Origin: Bacteroidota bacterium
GTDB taxonomy: Bacteria > Bacteroidota > Bacteroidia > Bacteroidales > UBA12481
NCBI GenBank assembly: GCA_043797975.1
Contig: JAZDPC010000039.1
Location: 25,659 to 89,658, forward strand
Length of the DNA stretch: 64,000 bases
Direction: 5' to 3'
The notes beneath the pieces are model-generated. The model saw only the letters and a program-made list of their open reading frames with translations, was not told where the DNA came from and made no database searches. Position numbers and translations under genes: made by a program. Of this stretch, positions 37,801 through 46,102 are shown in pieces; position 1 is the stretch's first letter, and each line of letters starts with the position of its first letter.

Positions 37801-39406
37801 AACCATTATTCATGATCTGATGACCAAGGATGTGAAGATCAAAATGTATGATTCGAACAACCGCGTGATTGAAGTGGAAATGGTTGTTGTGAACGAGCGA
37901 CGAATCCAGGTAACGTCTGACAAGGAAATTCCGGGTGCCAGGATTGAGGTAACCGGTACCGTTGAGGTTAAAGAGAATCCGTTGATTTTTATCACGGATA
38001 ACTTTCTCAGGATTCTCATGGGAGTTAAAAACCTTACACTAACTTATACAAGCGATAACGGAACGTATCTCCCCGGGTACCTGCTCGAACCGCAACTTTT
38101 TGGTCTCCGGTCGTCCAATGGCATGATGGCTCCCGGTTTTGGCTTTGCCTTCGGCATGCAGGATGCTGCCTTTGGTGACTATGCGGCCGGGAACGGTTGG
38201 CTCACTTCCGATTCTACACTGAATCAGGCTTATACAAACAGCTACGATCAGAACATCAGGCTCTCATCGAGCATCGAGCCATTTACGGACCTTAGGATAT
38301 CCGTTGATGCCACACATGCAAGGAACTCGGAGCTCGAACAGTATTATATTTATGACAATGGCAGGTTTAATGCAGAGAACATCATATATGGCGGTAGTTT
38401 CAGCATGACTGTGATTACCCTTGGTTCGGCGTTCGAAAACCTGTCGGCTGACAATGACTACCGTTCCGATGCTTTTGAAAAATTCAAGAATAACAGGATC
38501 GTGATTTCGAACCGCCTGGCTGAGCAAAGGCTGGGTAAACAGGTTACGGGAAGCCAGGCCTATGATCCGGCAAGCGGCCAGTATCCGGGTTATGCCGACG
38601 GATATGGCCCCACTTCCCAGGATGTGCTGATACCCGCTTTCCTGGCGGCCTATTCAGGCAAGGATCCCAGCCTGGTCAGCCTGGAAGCGATGCCGGGAGT
38701 GCTGAGCATGATGCCTAACTGGAGGATTACCTATGGAGGACTCCAAAAGCTCGAATTCTTTAAGAAGTTTGTCAAGAATTTCAACGTGAGTCATGGCTAC
38801 CGCAGTACTTACTCGGTTGGTGCCTATACGACCAACCTGTATTATAATCCCGATGAGATCGATGGATTGAATTACATCCGGGATGTTCAGGAGAACTTCC
38901 TCCCTGAGCGTGAGATCGGTACTATAAACATTTCTGAGCAGCTGAGCCCGCTGATCGGCTTCGATATGCAGCTCTCGAACAGTTTCCAGCCAAGGCTTGA
39001 GATCAAGAAGTCAAGGACTCTTTCACTGAGCCTCAGCAATAACCAGATGATGGAAAATAAGTCGGATGAACTGGTCATTGGTGCCGGTTACCGGTTCGAG
39101 GAGGTTCCGATCACCATCAAGACCGCCGGCGGACAGAAAAAATTCCAGTCAGACCTGGATATCCGGTTTGATCTGTCCATCCGGGATAATATAATGATAA
39201 TGAGGAAGCTGGAAGAGGACGTGAATACACCGACTTCGGGGCAGACCGCCATCACTGCAAAATTCACCATGGATTATCGTCTCAACAGCAGGTTCAACCT
39301 CAGGTTCTATTATGATCAGGTATTGAATAAGCCCATCGTACAGACTGCTTATGCGACTTCGAATACTAAAATTGGTTTCAATCTGAAATTCACGCTGAGC
39401 AAATAA
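31883..39406 (+). CDS. sprA: T9SS translocon / gliding motility cell-surface protein SprA
   Basis: 2507-aa giant beta-barrel-type protein with a signal peptide. The size and the conserved ruvA-sprA-gcvH neighbourhood are typical of Bacteroidota sprA. Confidence 0.9.
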   Translation: MQFRSSIKLLIFSTLFLILGVFGIGSASGQQRNVTAQNRQAADTTKRDTTLGLRYPIPVDPGFPWSLSGIPKSPLYLNTPKNLTSVIEYDPILNEYKFEKRLGDKSLTDPYYLNQNQYRQYDFNTAIRDYWMQRVGGERFQSQQGLIPKLYIGGEAFDRIFGSNTININPQGSAELIFGVQINKTDNPNLAEKVRKNVTFDFDNTIQMNVTGQIGDKLELGISYNTEATFDFENKTHIGYTGKDDEILRKIEAGNVSLPLSGSLITGSQSLFGIKTEMQFGRLTVTSIFSQQQGQSESIEVQGGAVANEFEVSADDYDANKHFFLSQYFRDIYDQALRNTPVINSGINVTKVEVWVTNKNGNFDQSRNIVAFLDLAEGILPGDTNIFNNDFVKVSGSGRYPYNDLNTLYQSLLTEYAGIRNIGQVTSVLAPLASYGFLGGQDYEKIENARKLSSDEYQLNAKLGYISLNQSLNADEILAVAYEYTVGGQVFRVGEFASEVNKDVSSDAPSLILKLLKGTNQTPTLPTWDLMMKNIYSLGSGRLNKDEFYLDVLYRNDETGNSINYIPNGAIDGEILLKVLNLDNLNTQLDPQPDGVFDYIESVTVNSTKGRIIFPVLEPFGSYLRKKIEGGNSKNKEIADKYVFEELYTETQTVAQQKAEKNKFLLKGTYKSASSSEIRLNATNIPEGSVVVTAGGMQLAENSDYTVDYTMGTVKIINQGLLESGTAIKISLEDNSTFNVQSKAMLGTHLEYRFNKDFNLGGTILHLRERPLTNKVDLDNIPIANTMWGLNTNYRKEAPWLTRAIDKLPLIQTKERSTVNFSGEFAHLIPGHSNVINSDANDEGEALVDDFESSETAFSLRQRQNWVLASTPAGQSDLFPEAAESNDWAYGSNRAKFAWYHIDPLFLRNNSTTPSHIANNPEQQNSHFTREIVEQEIFPYKESPNNIPTYLQVLNMAFYPNERGPYNYETSGSSYSAGLDNEGYLKSPETRWAGIMSELKQNDFEAANVEYLEFWMMDPYVEDEKNGVTRDDLDPAVYFNLGNVSEDILKDGRKSFENGLSGTTTLNYVDTTAWGRVPVVQSFVNAFDNDIESRKLQDVGLDGLGDEDERTFFQTFLDDLARIVSPTSELYENALLDPSNDDYHYYRGQDYDASQIGILDRYKKFNGFEGNSPTSEQSTESYPTQSTTLPDVEDINLDNTLNESESYFQYKISMKKQDFQVGKNYITDAIVGKNDEGEPVTWYQFKVPVYEPQKTVGSIQDFKSIRFIRMFLRGFGETVYMRFATLELVRGEWRKYNLSLMEGGEQLSSPEYTRAKFEVSAVNIEENGNRYPVNYVLPPGITRITDPTNPQMIQKNEQSIEFKVTDLEDGDARASFRNMSIDMRQYKRLRMFVHAEAVDETMLEDNDLRAFIRIGSDYTQNYYEYEIPLSLTPHLKAPAKYDQELDADLYKVWPDANSFNIELLKFQEIKQARNDEIRVEGSNVTLETLYSQADGNNRLIIVGNPNMSNVRTIMIGVRNPSKNNNAGADDGLSKTAIIWFNELRLTDFDEKGGWAANARLSANLADLGNLSLSGSGSVPGFGSIDKKVADRSKEEILQYDVSTSLQLGKLFPRNAGVQIPMYFGMSEIKRNPQYNPLDPDIPLEAALNNAKTKEEKDSILYISQDYNRRRSINFTNVRIDPISTKNKRKETKIYSLSNWSVSYAFSESFARNITTEANLNKVYNGVLSYVYSANNLKPWEPWKKSKALDKPAYKIIKEFNLFYQPSMIRFQSNMARRYNEVQLRNVSNPDLKIEPTFNKNFNWNSNFDFRWDLTRNLKLEFNSSNVSRIDEPEGSMQRGDPDYEQKRDSIWNNITAFGRPTQYHHSLVTSYNLPINKIPLLNWLTANASYNVEYDWTAGPITADTIVLGNQVQNSGSFQMNSTANLQTLYNKVGYLKKIDDKYRRRSNTTQTKPTKEVTFEADKINLIAKVPKTIIHDLMTKDVKIKMYDSNNRVIEVEMVVVNERRIQVTSDKEIPGARIEVTGTVEVKENPLIFITDNFLRILMGVKNLTLTYTSDNGTYLPGYLLEPQLFGLRSSNGMMAPGFGFAFGMQDAAFGDYAAGNGWLTSDSTLNQAYTNSYDQNIRLSSSIEPFTDLRISVDATHARNSELEQYYIYDNGRFNAENIIYGGSFSMTVITLGSAFENLSADNDYRSDAFEKFKNNRIVISNRLAEQRLGKQVTGSQAYDPASGQYPGYADGYGPTSQDVLIPAFLAAYSGKDPSLVSLEAMPGVLSMMPNWRITYGGLQKLEFFKKFVKNFNVSHGYRSTYSVGAYTTNLYYNPDEIDGLNYIRDVQENFLPEREIGTINISEQLSPLIGFDMQLSNSFQPRLEIKKSRTLSLSLSNNQMMENKSDELVIGAGYRFEEVPITIKTAGGQKKFQSDLDIRFDLSIRDNIMIMRKLEEDVNTPTSGQTAITAKFTMDYRLNSRFNLRFYYDQVLNKPIVQTAYATSNTKIGFNLKFTLSK

Positions 39407-39418
39407 ACAGGATTTTCT

Positions 39419-39426
39419 TACTTTTG
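39419..39426 (+). promoter_or_regulatory. candidate -7 promoter box (TACTTTTG) for gcvH
   Basis: Matches TAnnTTTG, 40 nt upstream of the ATG at 39466. Confidence 0.4.
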
Positions 39427-39465
39427 GATCAGAAAGGCCATTAACTAATTTAGATTTTCATAACC

Positions 39466-39843
39466 ATGAACGTACCTCAGAATCTTAAGTACACACAGGA
39501 TCATGAGTGGATCCGGGTTGAAGGGGATTTCGGTTTCGTCGGGATTTCCGATTATGCCCAGTCAAATCTGGGTGATATCGTATTTGTTGAGATTGAAACG
39601 GTTGGCGAAAACCTCGGAAAGAGCGAAGCCTTCGGCAATATCGAAGCTGTAAAAGCCGTTGAAGAACTTTACATGCCTGTATCGGGTGAAGTTCTGGAAG
39701 TCAATCCCGCACTGGAAACCAGTCCGGAGGCCGTTAACAAGGATCCTTATGGCGAAGGCTGGATGATCAAAATCAAAATTGCCGATCCTTCAGAACTCAG
39801 CAGCCTGCATGACGCAGCTTCCTATCAAAAACTGATCGGCTAG
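39466..39843 (+). CDS. gcvH: glycine cleavage system protein H
   Basis: 125 aa with the lipoyl-lysine motif IEAVKAVEELYMPVSGEV and PYGEGWMIKI. Confidence 0.95.
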   Translation: MNVPQNLKYTQDHEWIRVEGDFGFVGISDYAQSNLGDIVFVEIETVGENLGKSEAFGNIEAVKAVEELYMPVSGEVLEVNPALETSPEAVNKDPYGEGWMIKIKIADPSELSSLHDAASYQKLIG

Positions 39844-39857
39844 TTTTATAGCTATAT

Positions 39858-39902
39858 AAAATCCCGTAGAGAAGCACAATCATGCTTTCCTGCGGGATTT
39901 CC
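39858..39902. terminator. long hairpin between convergent gcvH and infB (probable bidirectional terminator)
   Basis: AAATCCCG (about 39859-39866) pairs with CGGGATTT (39893-39900). There is an inner AAGCA/TGCTT stem and A/T-rich flanks on both sides. Confidence 0.55.
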
Positions 39903-39914
39903 TATTATATAACC

Positions 39915-42900
39915 CTACAAAGTTTTCTTAATCTCTTTGCTGGTATACGGCTCAATCACGTCACCAACCTTGATGTCGTTATAGTTGTCTATGTTAAGCC
40001 CGCATTCCAGGCCGCTGACCACTTCTTTGACGTCATCCTTGAACCGCTTGAGGGATCCCAATAATCCATCATATACGACAATGCCGTCACGGATCACGCG
40101 GACTTTGGCAGTTCGTACGATCTTCCCGTCGCGGACAATACATCCGGCAACCGTTCCGACCTTTGTAATCTTAAAGGCTTCGAGAACTTCCAGAGTTCCG
40201 ATGATCTCTTCTTTGATTTCAGGGCTGAGCATACCTTCCATAGCTGCCTTGATCTCATTGATGGCGTCATAAATGATTGAATAGAGGCGGATCTCGATGC
40301 CTTCCTTTTCGGCCAGTTTCCTGGCGCTGAGGGATGGCCTGACCTGGAATCCGACCACAATGGCGTTGGAGGCTGTTGCCAGCAGAATATCGCTTTCCGA
40401 TATTTGTCCGACGGCTTTGTGAATGATATTAACCTGGATCTCAGGGGTTGACAGTTTGATAAGTGAATCAGAGAGGGCTTCGATAGAACCGTCCACATCA
40501 CCTTTGACAATGATATTGAGTTCCTGGAAGTTTCCAATCGCGATACGGCGACCGATTTCGTCGAGGGTGATATGCTTGTGGGTCCGGATATCCTGTTCGC
40601 GCTGAAGCTGCTCGCGCTTGGTGGCAATCTCCCTTGCTTCTTTTTCCGATTCGAGAACGTGGAATTTATCGCCGGCCTGCGGGGCTCCGTTGAGACCGAG
40701 CACCAGAACGGGTTCGCTTGGAGCGGCTATGGTCAATGAGTTACCGCGTTCATTGAACATGGCTTTGATTCTTCCGAAGTAGCTCCCGGCCAGGAGAATG
40801 TCGCCCACCCGCAGTGTGCCAGCCTGAACCAGGATCGTGGCAACATAGCCGCGGCCCTTATCCAGTGAGGATTCGACAACCAGACCCAATGCCTTCTTGT
40901 CCGGATTGGCTTTCAGGTCAAGGATTTCGGCTTCAAGGAGAACTTTTTCAAGCAGCTCATTAACACCGATTCCCTTCTTCGCGGAGATTTCCTGTGACTG
41001 ATATTTGCCTCCCCAATCCTCGACCAGGTAATTCATACCGGCAAGTTGTTCCTTGATCTTCTCCGGATTGGCCCCGTCCTTGTCTATCTTGTTGATGGCA
41101 AAGACCATCGGTACACCGGCTGCAGCCGCGTGGTTGATAGCTTCAATGGTTTGAGGCATGACGGCATCGTCAGCAGCAATTACAATGATGGCCATGTCGG
41201 CACCCTGTGCTCCGCGAGCACGCATGGCTGTAAAAGCTTCATGACCCGGAGTATCGAGGAAAGTAATGTTTTTCCCGTTATCGAGTACAACCTTGTATGC
41301 CCCGATATGCTGTGTAATACCTCCGGCTTCACCCGCAATGATATTTGTTTTCCTGATATAATCGAGAAGAGATGTCTTTCCGTGGTCAACATGCCCCATT
41401 ACCGTTACAATAGGAGGCCGGGGAAGAAGATCTTCTTCCTGATCAGCTTCCTGTTCAATTGCCTCCTGAACGGCGACACTGATAAACTCGACCTCAAATC
41501 CAAATTCATCAGCCACCACCGAGATGGTTTCGGCATCGAGCCGCTGATTGATTGAAACGAACAGACCGAGAGACATACAGGTGGAAATGATCTCATTGAC
41601 CTGTACGTTCATCATGCTGGCCAGTTCATTGGCAGTCACAAATTCGGTTACCTGAATGATGTGGCTGTCAAGTTCTGCCTGTTCGGCTTCTGCCTGTGCA
41701 GTTTGCCTGATCTGTTCACGTTTGGTCCGCCGGTACTTGGAAGCTTTTGATTTCCCCTTCGGGGTCATACGGGCCAATGTGTCTTTAATCTGGCGCTGAA
41801 CGTCCTCTTCAGAGATCTCAACTTTAGTGATCTTCTTCTTAACCTTGGTCTTTTTCTTCCCGACCTTTACGGCTTCACGTTCGGCAGCGGGCTCGTTCAG
41901 TGAGATCTTGTCTTTCCTAATGCGTTTCCGCTTCTTTTTCTTATTAGGATCATCCGCCAGAGTGACCGTGATTTTTTCTTTTCTGCGCTCAATTTCGACC
42001 GGCAAGTCAATCCTGCCCACCACTGTTGGCCCGGCCAGTTTTTTAACAGTTATCCTGTGTTCCGGCCCCGCATACCTTTCGAAAGACTTGCGGAGTTCAT
42101 CTTCTTCTTCTTTTTCCTCCAGCAAAGGCTCCGGAATAGCTTCTTCTTTTTGCTGCTTCGGTTTGGGTTCGGATTTCCTGGCCTCCTTATCCCTGCTAAA
42201 TTTCTTCGCAGGCCTTGTCTTCTGGTTCAGCGAATCTATATCAATTTTACCCACTACCTTAACTTCACCTAAAAGATCCTTGGCCTCAGTAAGCCGCATG
42301 ATTTCTTCAACGGGTTCTTCCTTTTTCGCAGGCGCAGTCACCTCTTCTTTAATTTTCTCACCCTTCTCACCCTTCTCAACCCCCTCAACTTTCTCAACCT
42401 TATCAACTTTCTCAACCTTCTCAACCTTCTCAACCTTCTCAACCTCTTCAACCTTCTCTGTCTTCTCCTTCGCCTTGCTCTTTGGTTTCGGTTTTTCAAG
42501 GTCAACCTTACCCACAACTTTAGGACCCGCTGGTTTTTCAACGGAGACGGAAACGGTCTCAGGTTCAGTTTTAGCAGCATGTTTCTCTTTCACAGGTGTT
42601 TCCTGTTCCAGGATGTTGTAGTTTGATGAACTGCGCGTATCCTGGATAAGAAGCATCTCTTCCTGTTCCGGCTCTTCTTCGACTTTGAGGGCAGGAGTGT
42701 CTTCGATGGAAATGGAGGCACGGGTTTCGTACTTATGTTCTTCTTTGAACTGTTCTGCCTCCCGCTTGGCCGCCAGGTCGCTCTGGTACTCCTTCATTAC
42801 AAGGAGAAGAGCCTCCGGCGGAATTTTAGCGTTGGGATTGTTTTCGATATCGAATCCCTTTTTATGAAGGAAATCGACTATCGTCTGAATCCCGACATTA

Positions 42901-42941
42901 CACTCCTTGGCAACCCTGCTTAATCGTTTAACCTCTGACAT
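39915..42941 (-). CDS. infB: translation initiation factor IF-2
   Basis: 1008 aa with G-domain motifs (GHVDHGKTS, DTPGH, NKID), a low-complexity Lys/Glu-rich N-terminal region and the rimP-nusA-infB operon order. Confidence 0.97.
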   Translation of the reverse strand: MSEVKRLSRVAKECNVGIQTIVDFLHKKGFDIENNPNAKIPPEALLLVMKEYQSDLAAKREAEQFKEEHKYETRASISIEDTPALKVEEEPEQEEMLLIQDTRSSSNYNILEQETPVKEKHAAKTEPETVSVSVEKPAGPKVVGKVDLEKPKPKSKAKEKTEKVEEVEKVEKVEKVEKVDKVEKVEGVEKGEKGEKIKEEVTAPAKKEEPVEEIMRLTEAKDLLGEVKVVGKIDIDSLNQKTRPAKKFSRDKEARKSEPKPKQQKEEAIPEPLLEEKEEEDELRKSFERYAGPEHRITVKKLAGPTVVGRIDLPVEIERRKEKITVTLADDPNKKKKRKRIRKDKISLNEPAAEREAVKVGKKKTKVKKKITKVEISEEDVQRQIKDTLARMTPKGKSKASKYRRTKREQIRQTAQAEAEQAELDSHIIQVTEFVTANELASMMNVQVNEIISTCMSLGLFVSINQRLDAETISVVADEFGFEVEFISVAVQEAIEQEADQEEDLLPRPPIVTVMGHVDHGKTSLLDYIRKTNIIAGEAGGITQHIGAYKVVLDNGKNITFLDTPGHEAFTAMRARGAQGADMAIIVIAADDAVMPQTIEAINHAAAAGVPMVFAINKIDKDGANPEKIKEQLAGMNYLVEDWGGKYQSQEISAKKGIGVNELLEKVLLEAEILDLKANPDKKALGLVVESSLDKGRGYVATILVQAGTLRVGDILLAGSYFGRIKAMFNERGNSLTIAAPSEPVLVLGLNGAPQAGDKFHVLESEKEAREIATKREQLQREQDIRTHKHITLDEIGRRIAIGNFQELNIIVKGDVDGSIEALSDSLIKLSTPEIQVNIIHKAVGQISESDILLATASNAIVVGFQVRPSLSARKLAEKEGIEIRLYSIIYDAINEIKAAMEGMLSPEIKEEIIGTLEVLEAFKITKVGTVAGCIVRDGKIVRTAKVRVIRDGIVVYDGLLGSLKRFKDDVKEVVSGLECGLNIDNYNDIKVGDVIEPYTSKEIKKTL
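42355..42462. repeat. 9-bp tandem repeat (TTCTCAACC-type, about 12 copies) inside infB, encoding (V/G/T)E(K/G/E) triplets
   Basis: Four perfect consecutive TTCTCAACC copies lie at 42409-42444, flanked by variants. On the minus strand this translates as KTEKVEEVEKVEKVEKVEKVDKVEKVEGVEKGEKGEK. Confidence 0.9.
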
Positions 42942-42946
42942 AATGT

Positions 42947-44182
42947 TTATTCAAATTCTGAACGGAGGATTCTGACAACCTCCTTAACCGTTTCTTCTTC
43001 CAAATCGGTGCGTTTAACCAGTTCCTGAACTGATAAATCGAGTACGCTCCGGGCTGTGTCACAGCCAATGGCCTTCAGTTCATCCAGAATCCAGCTTTCG
43101 ATCTCGTCGGCGAATTCCTCAAGGTCTATATCTTCTTCAGCTTCAGCTATATCCCGAAATACGTCAATTTCATATTCCGTCAGCATGCTGGCGAGTTTAA
43201 TATTCAAACCCCCTTTGCCGATCGCCAGTGAAACCTCTTCCGGTTTCAGGAAAACTTCAGCTCTCCGGTCATCTTCATTCAGGCGAATGGAGCTGATCTT
43301 CGCCGGGCTCAATGCCCGCTGGATAAACAGCTGGAGGTTTGTGGTATAGTTGATTACGTCAATGTTTTCATTTCTCAGTTCACGGACAATTCCATGAATC
43401 CTTGAACCTTTCATCCCTACACAGGCGCCAACAGGATCGATCCTTTCGTCATAGGATTCAACGGCAACTTTAGCGCGCTCGCCAGGAATCCTGACAATCT
43501 TTTTAATCGTGATCAGACCGTCAAAAATTTCAGGAACCTCCAGCTCAAACAAACGCTGCAGAAAGATCGGCGTCGTTCTTGAAAGGATGATCACAGGGCT
43601 GTTGTTCCGCATGTCCACTTTGATGACCACTGCCCTCAGGGCGTCCCCCTTGCGGAAATAATCCGACGGGATTTGTTCCGATTTCGGCAGGATCAGTTCA
43701 TTCCCCTCATCGTCAAGAATCAGGATCTCACGGTTCCATACCTGGTAAACCTCCCCTGTGATGATATCTCCGATTTTATCCTTGTATTTTGAATAGACAT
43801 GGTCCTTTTCCAGTTCCATGATGCGTGACGTCAGGTTCTGCCGAAGGGATAATATCGCCCGGCGGCCAAAATCATCCAGCTTGACTTCGTCAGTAACATC
43901 TTCACCTACCTCGTAGTCGTCATCAATCTGTTTCGCATCAGTGATTGAAATCTGCAGGTTAGGATCCGTAACTTCATTGTCTTCAACAACAGTCCGGTTT
44001 CTCCAGATCTCAAAGTCGCCCTTGTCGACGTTAATGATCACGTCAAAGTTCTCGTCAGTACCAAACCGTTTGATCAGCATGCTCCGGAAGACATCCTCCA
44101 GAACGCTCATCATGGTGGTACGGTCAATGCTCTTCAGTTCCCTGAACTCTGAAAACGTATCAATGAGGTTTATGCTTTCCAT
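42947..44182 (-). CDS. nusA: transcription termination/antitermination factor NusA
   Basis: The ATG at 44180-44182 gives MESINLIDTFSEFRELK. S1 and two KH domains are present (AVVIKVDMRNN..., GACVGMKGSRIHGIVREL, AIGKGGLNIKLAS). 411 aa. Confidence 0.95.
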   Translation of the reverse strand: MESINLIDTFSEFRELKSIDRTTMMSVLEDVFRSMLIKRFGTDENFDVIINVDKGDFEIWRNRTVVEDNEVTDPNLQISITDAKQIDDDYEVGEDVTDEVKLDDFGRRAILSLRQNLTSRIMELEKDHVYSKYKDKIGDIITGEVYQVWNREILILDDEGNELILPKSEQIPSDYFRKGDALRAVVIKVDMRNNSPVIILSRTTPIFLQRLFELEVPEIFDGLITIKKIVRIPGERAKVAVESYDERIDPVGACVGMKGSRIHGIVRELRNENIDVINYTTNLQLFIQRALSPAKISSIRLNEDDRRAEVFLKPEEVSLAIGKGGLNIKLASMLTEYEIDVFRDIAEAEEDIDLEEFADEIESWILDELKAIGCDTARSVLDLSVQELVKRTDLEEETVKEVVRILRSEFE

Positions 44183-44192
44183 AACTTGTTGT

Positions 44193-44666
44193 TTACACCT
44201 GTTTAAATTCAATTTCAATGCGTGCCGAATCAATACTCTTGATTTCAATGACAACCGGTTGATCCGGCGCCGGCTTTCTCCTTATTCCTGACAGCCTGAG
44301 TATCAGCGCGGGTTCCTGTTCAGGGGCCGCTTCGCTGACAGATTCAAGGATCCCCCTGATCTTTTCGCCATCATTTAAAAGGATTTCCAGTTTTTGACCG
44401 ATAGCTTTCCGGTATTGTTGGATAACACGTATCGGCTGTCCCAGTCCGGGCGAGGAAACCTGAAGTTCGTAATCTTCCTCATTCCGGCTAAGCGTATCTT
44501 CTATTTTTTTGCTGAATTCAGCACATTGATCCAGATTGATACCATCGGCATGATCAAGAAAAACCTGGATGAGATTCCCCCGTGAGACCTGTATGTCTAC
44601 CAGGAAGAATCCTGTATCCCGGAGTATTTCCTCAACAACGCCGTATATGTGCTTTTTAACTATCAT
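44193..44666 (-). CDS. rimP: ribosome maturation factor RimP
   Basis: 157 aa with ...GFFLVDIQVSRGNLIQVFLD...YELQVSSPGLGQPI, typical of RimP. It lies directly upstream of nusA. Confidence 0.9.
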   Translation of the reverse strand: MIVKKHIYGVVEEILRDTGFFLVDIQVSRGNLIQVFLDHADGINLDQCAEFSKKIEDTLSRNEEDYELQVSSPGLGQPIRVIQQYRKAIGQKLEILLNDGEKIRGILESVSEAAPEQEPALILRLSGIRRKPAPDQPVVIEIKSIDSARIEIEFKQV

Positions 44667-44678
44667 TTTTTCCGGATC

Positions 44679-44702
44679 AAAAAATAGGGGACCACGTCCC
44701 CT
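44679..44702 (-). terminator. terminator-like hairpin in the rimP-nusA-infB leader (candidate attenuator)
   Basis: On the minus strand: AGGGGAC-GTG-GTCCCCT (44686-44702), then A and TTTTTT (44679-44684). It ends 12 nt before the rimP ATG and lies downstream of the candidate -7 box at 44728-44735. Confidence 0.45.
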
Positions 44703-44727
44703 AGTTCAGAAATCCCACAATCGGATG

Positions 44728-44735
44728 CAAAAATA
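44728..44735 (-). promoter_or_regulatory. candidate -7 promoter box (TATTTTTG on the minus strand) for rimP-nusA-infB
   Basis: Matches TAnnTTTG, about 62 nt upstream of the rimP ATG. Confidence 0.4.
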
Positions 44736-44791
44736 CATATTTAAATGAATAAATTGTAACATTGCAGGCACTTAGATCAAATTTTCTGCGG

Positions 44792-46081
44792 ATGCACGAA
44801 GATTTCAGGACCATACCGAACAAAAAAAAGATAATCAACGATCCGCTCTACGGATTTATCAACATCCCATCGGAACTGATTTACGATCTTGTGGATCATC
44901 CTTATTTTCAGCGATTAAGAAGAATCCGCCAGCTTGGTTTAACCTTCTATGTTTATCCCGGCGCCAATCATACCAGGTTTCAGCATGCACTCGGGGCGGC
45001 ACACCTTATGAATTCAGCCCTTGAGGTTATTTCCAGAAAGGATTACCCGGTAGAAGAAGAGGAACGCGATTCAGCCATTGCTGCAATCCTTCTTCATGAT
45101 ATAGGACACGGTCCTTTTTCCCATGCCCTGGAACACAGCATTGTAGAAACCGTCGATCATGAGGTATTATCGGGACTATTCATGGATCGCCTGAACAAAA
45201 GTACAGGAGGAGCGCTCGATCATGCTATTCAGATATTTACCGGTACCTATCCGCGTTCTTTTCTGCATCAGCTGGTATCCAGCCAGCTCGATATGGATCG
45301 GCTGGATTACCTGAACCGCGACAGCTTTTTCTCCGGTGTTACGGAAGGAATGGTTGGATCGGAAAGGATCATAAAGATGCTGCGGGTAGTCGACGACCGG
45401 CTGGTCGTTGAACGTAAAGGGATCTATTCCATTGAAAAGTACCTGATTTCCAGAAGATTGATGTACTGGCAGGTCTATCTTCATAAAACTGTCCTGGCAG
45501 CTGAACAAATGCTGGTCATGGCACTCAGCCGGGCACGTGAGCTTGCCTGGAACGGAATCCGGCTATTTACCACGCCCGCCCTGGAAGGATTCCTTTATCC
45601 GGGACCGCTGAGCGAGCATCCGCTGGCTGATCCGGATCTCCTGCTTGAAAGCTATTCAAACCTGGATGATACCGATATTTTTGCTGTTCTGAAAGTATGG
45701 GCTGACCATCCCGACAGGGTGCTCTCTTTTCTGTCAAAAGGACTACTGAACCGCAGGCTGTTTGCTATCCGTATCAGGAAAACTCCATGGGACAAAGACC
45801 AGGTTGAGGATCTCCGGCAGCGGCTGGTCACCACCTGCGGCTTGTCTTATGCGGAAACCGAATACATGGTGTTTACAGATGTAATTGCCAACAATGCCTA
45901 TACTGATAATGAGGATCAGATATTGTTCCTGGATAACAGCGGACAACTTCTGACCTTGTCGGAGATCAGTGATATCTTCAATGTGTCCCTGCTCAGACAG
46001 ACTGACTCAAAGTACCTATTATGTTATCCGAAGTGGTTATTTCATGAGGATAGCAATAATAACCTGAGTATTTTCGTTTAA
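44792..46081 (+). CDS. HD-domain phosphohydrolase (dNTP triphosphohydrolase-like)
   Basis: HTRFQHALGAAHL and LLHDIGHGPFSH (HD motif), plus DMDRLDYLNRDS. 429 aa from the ATG at 44792. Confidence 0.85.
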   Translation: MHEDFRTIPNKKKIINDPLYGFINIPSELIYDLVDHPYFQRLRRIRQLGLTFYVYPGANHTRFQHALGAAHLMNSALEVISRKDYPVEEEERDSAIAAILLHDIGHGPFSHALEHSIVETVDHEVLSGLFMDRLNKSTGGALDHAIQIFTGTYPRSFLHQLVSSQLDMDRLDYLNRDSFFSGVTEGMVGSERIIKMLRVVDDRLVVERKGIYSIEKYLISRRLMYWQVYLHKTVLAAEQMLVMALSRARELAWNGIRLFTTPALEGFLYPGPLSEHPLADPDLLLESYSNLDDTDIFAVLKVWADHPDRVLSFLSKGLLNRRLFAIRIRKTPWDKDQVEDLRQRLVTTCGLSYAETEYMVFTDVIANNAYTDNEDQILFLDNSGQLLTLSEISDIFNVSLLRQTDSKYLLCYPKWLFHEDSNNNLSIFV

Positions 46082-46102
46082 AACTGATAACCTGATGCTC
46101 CT

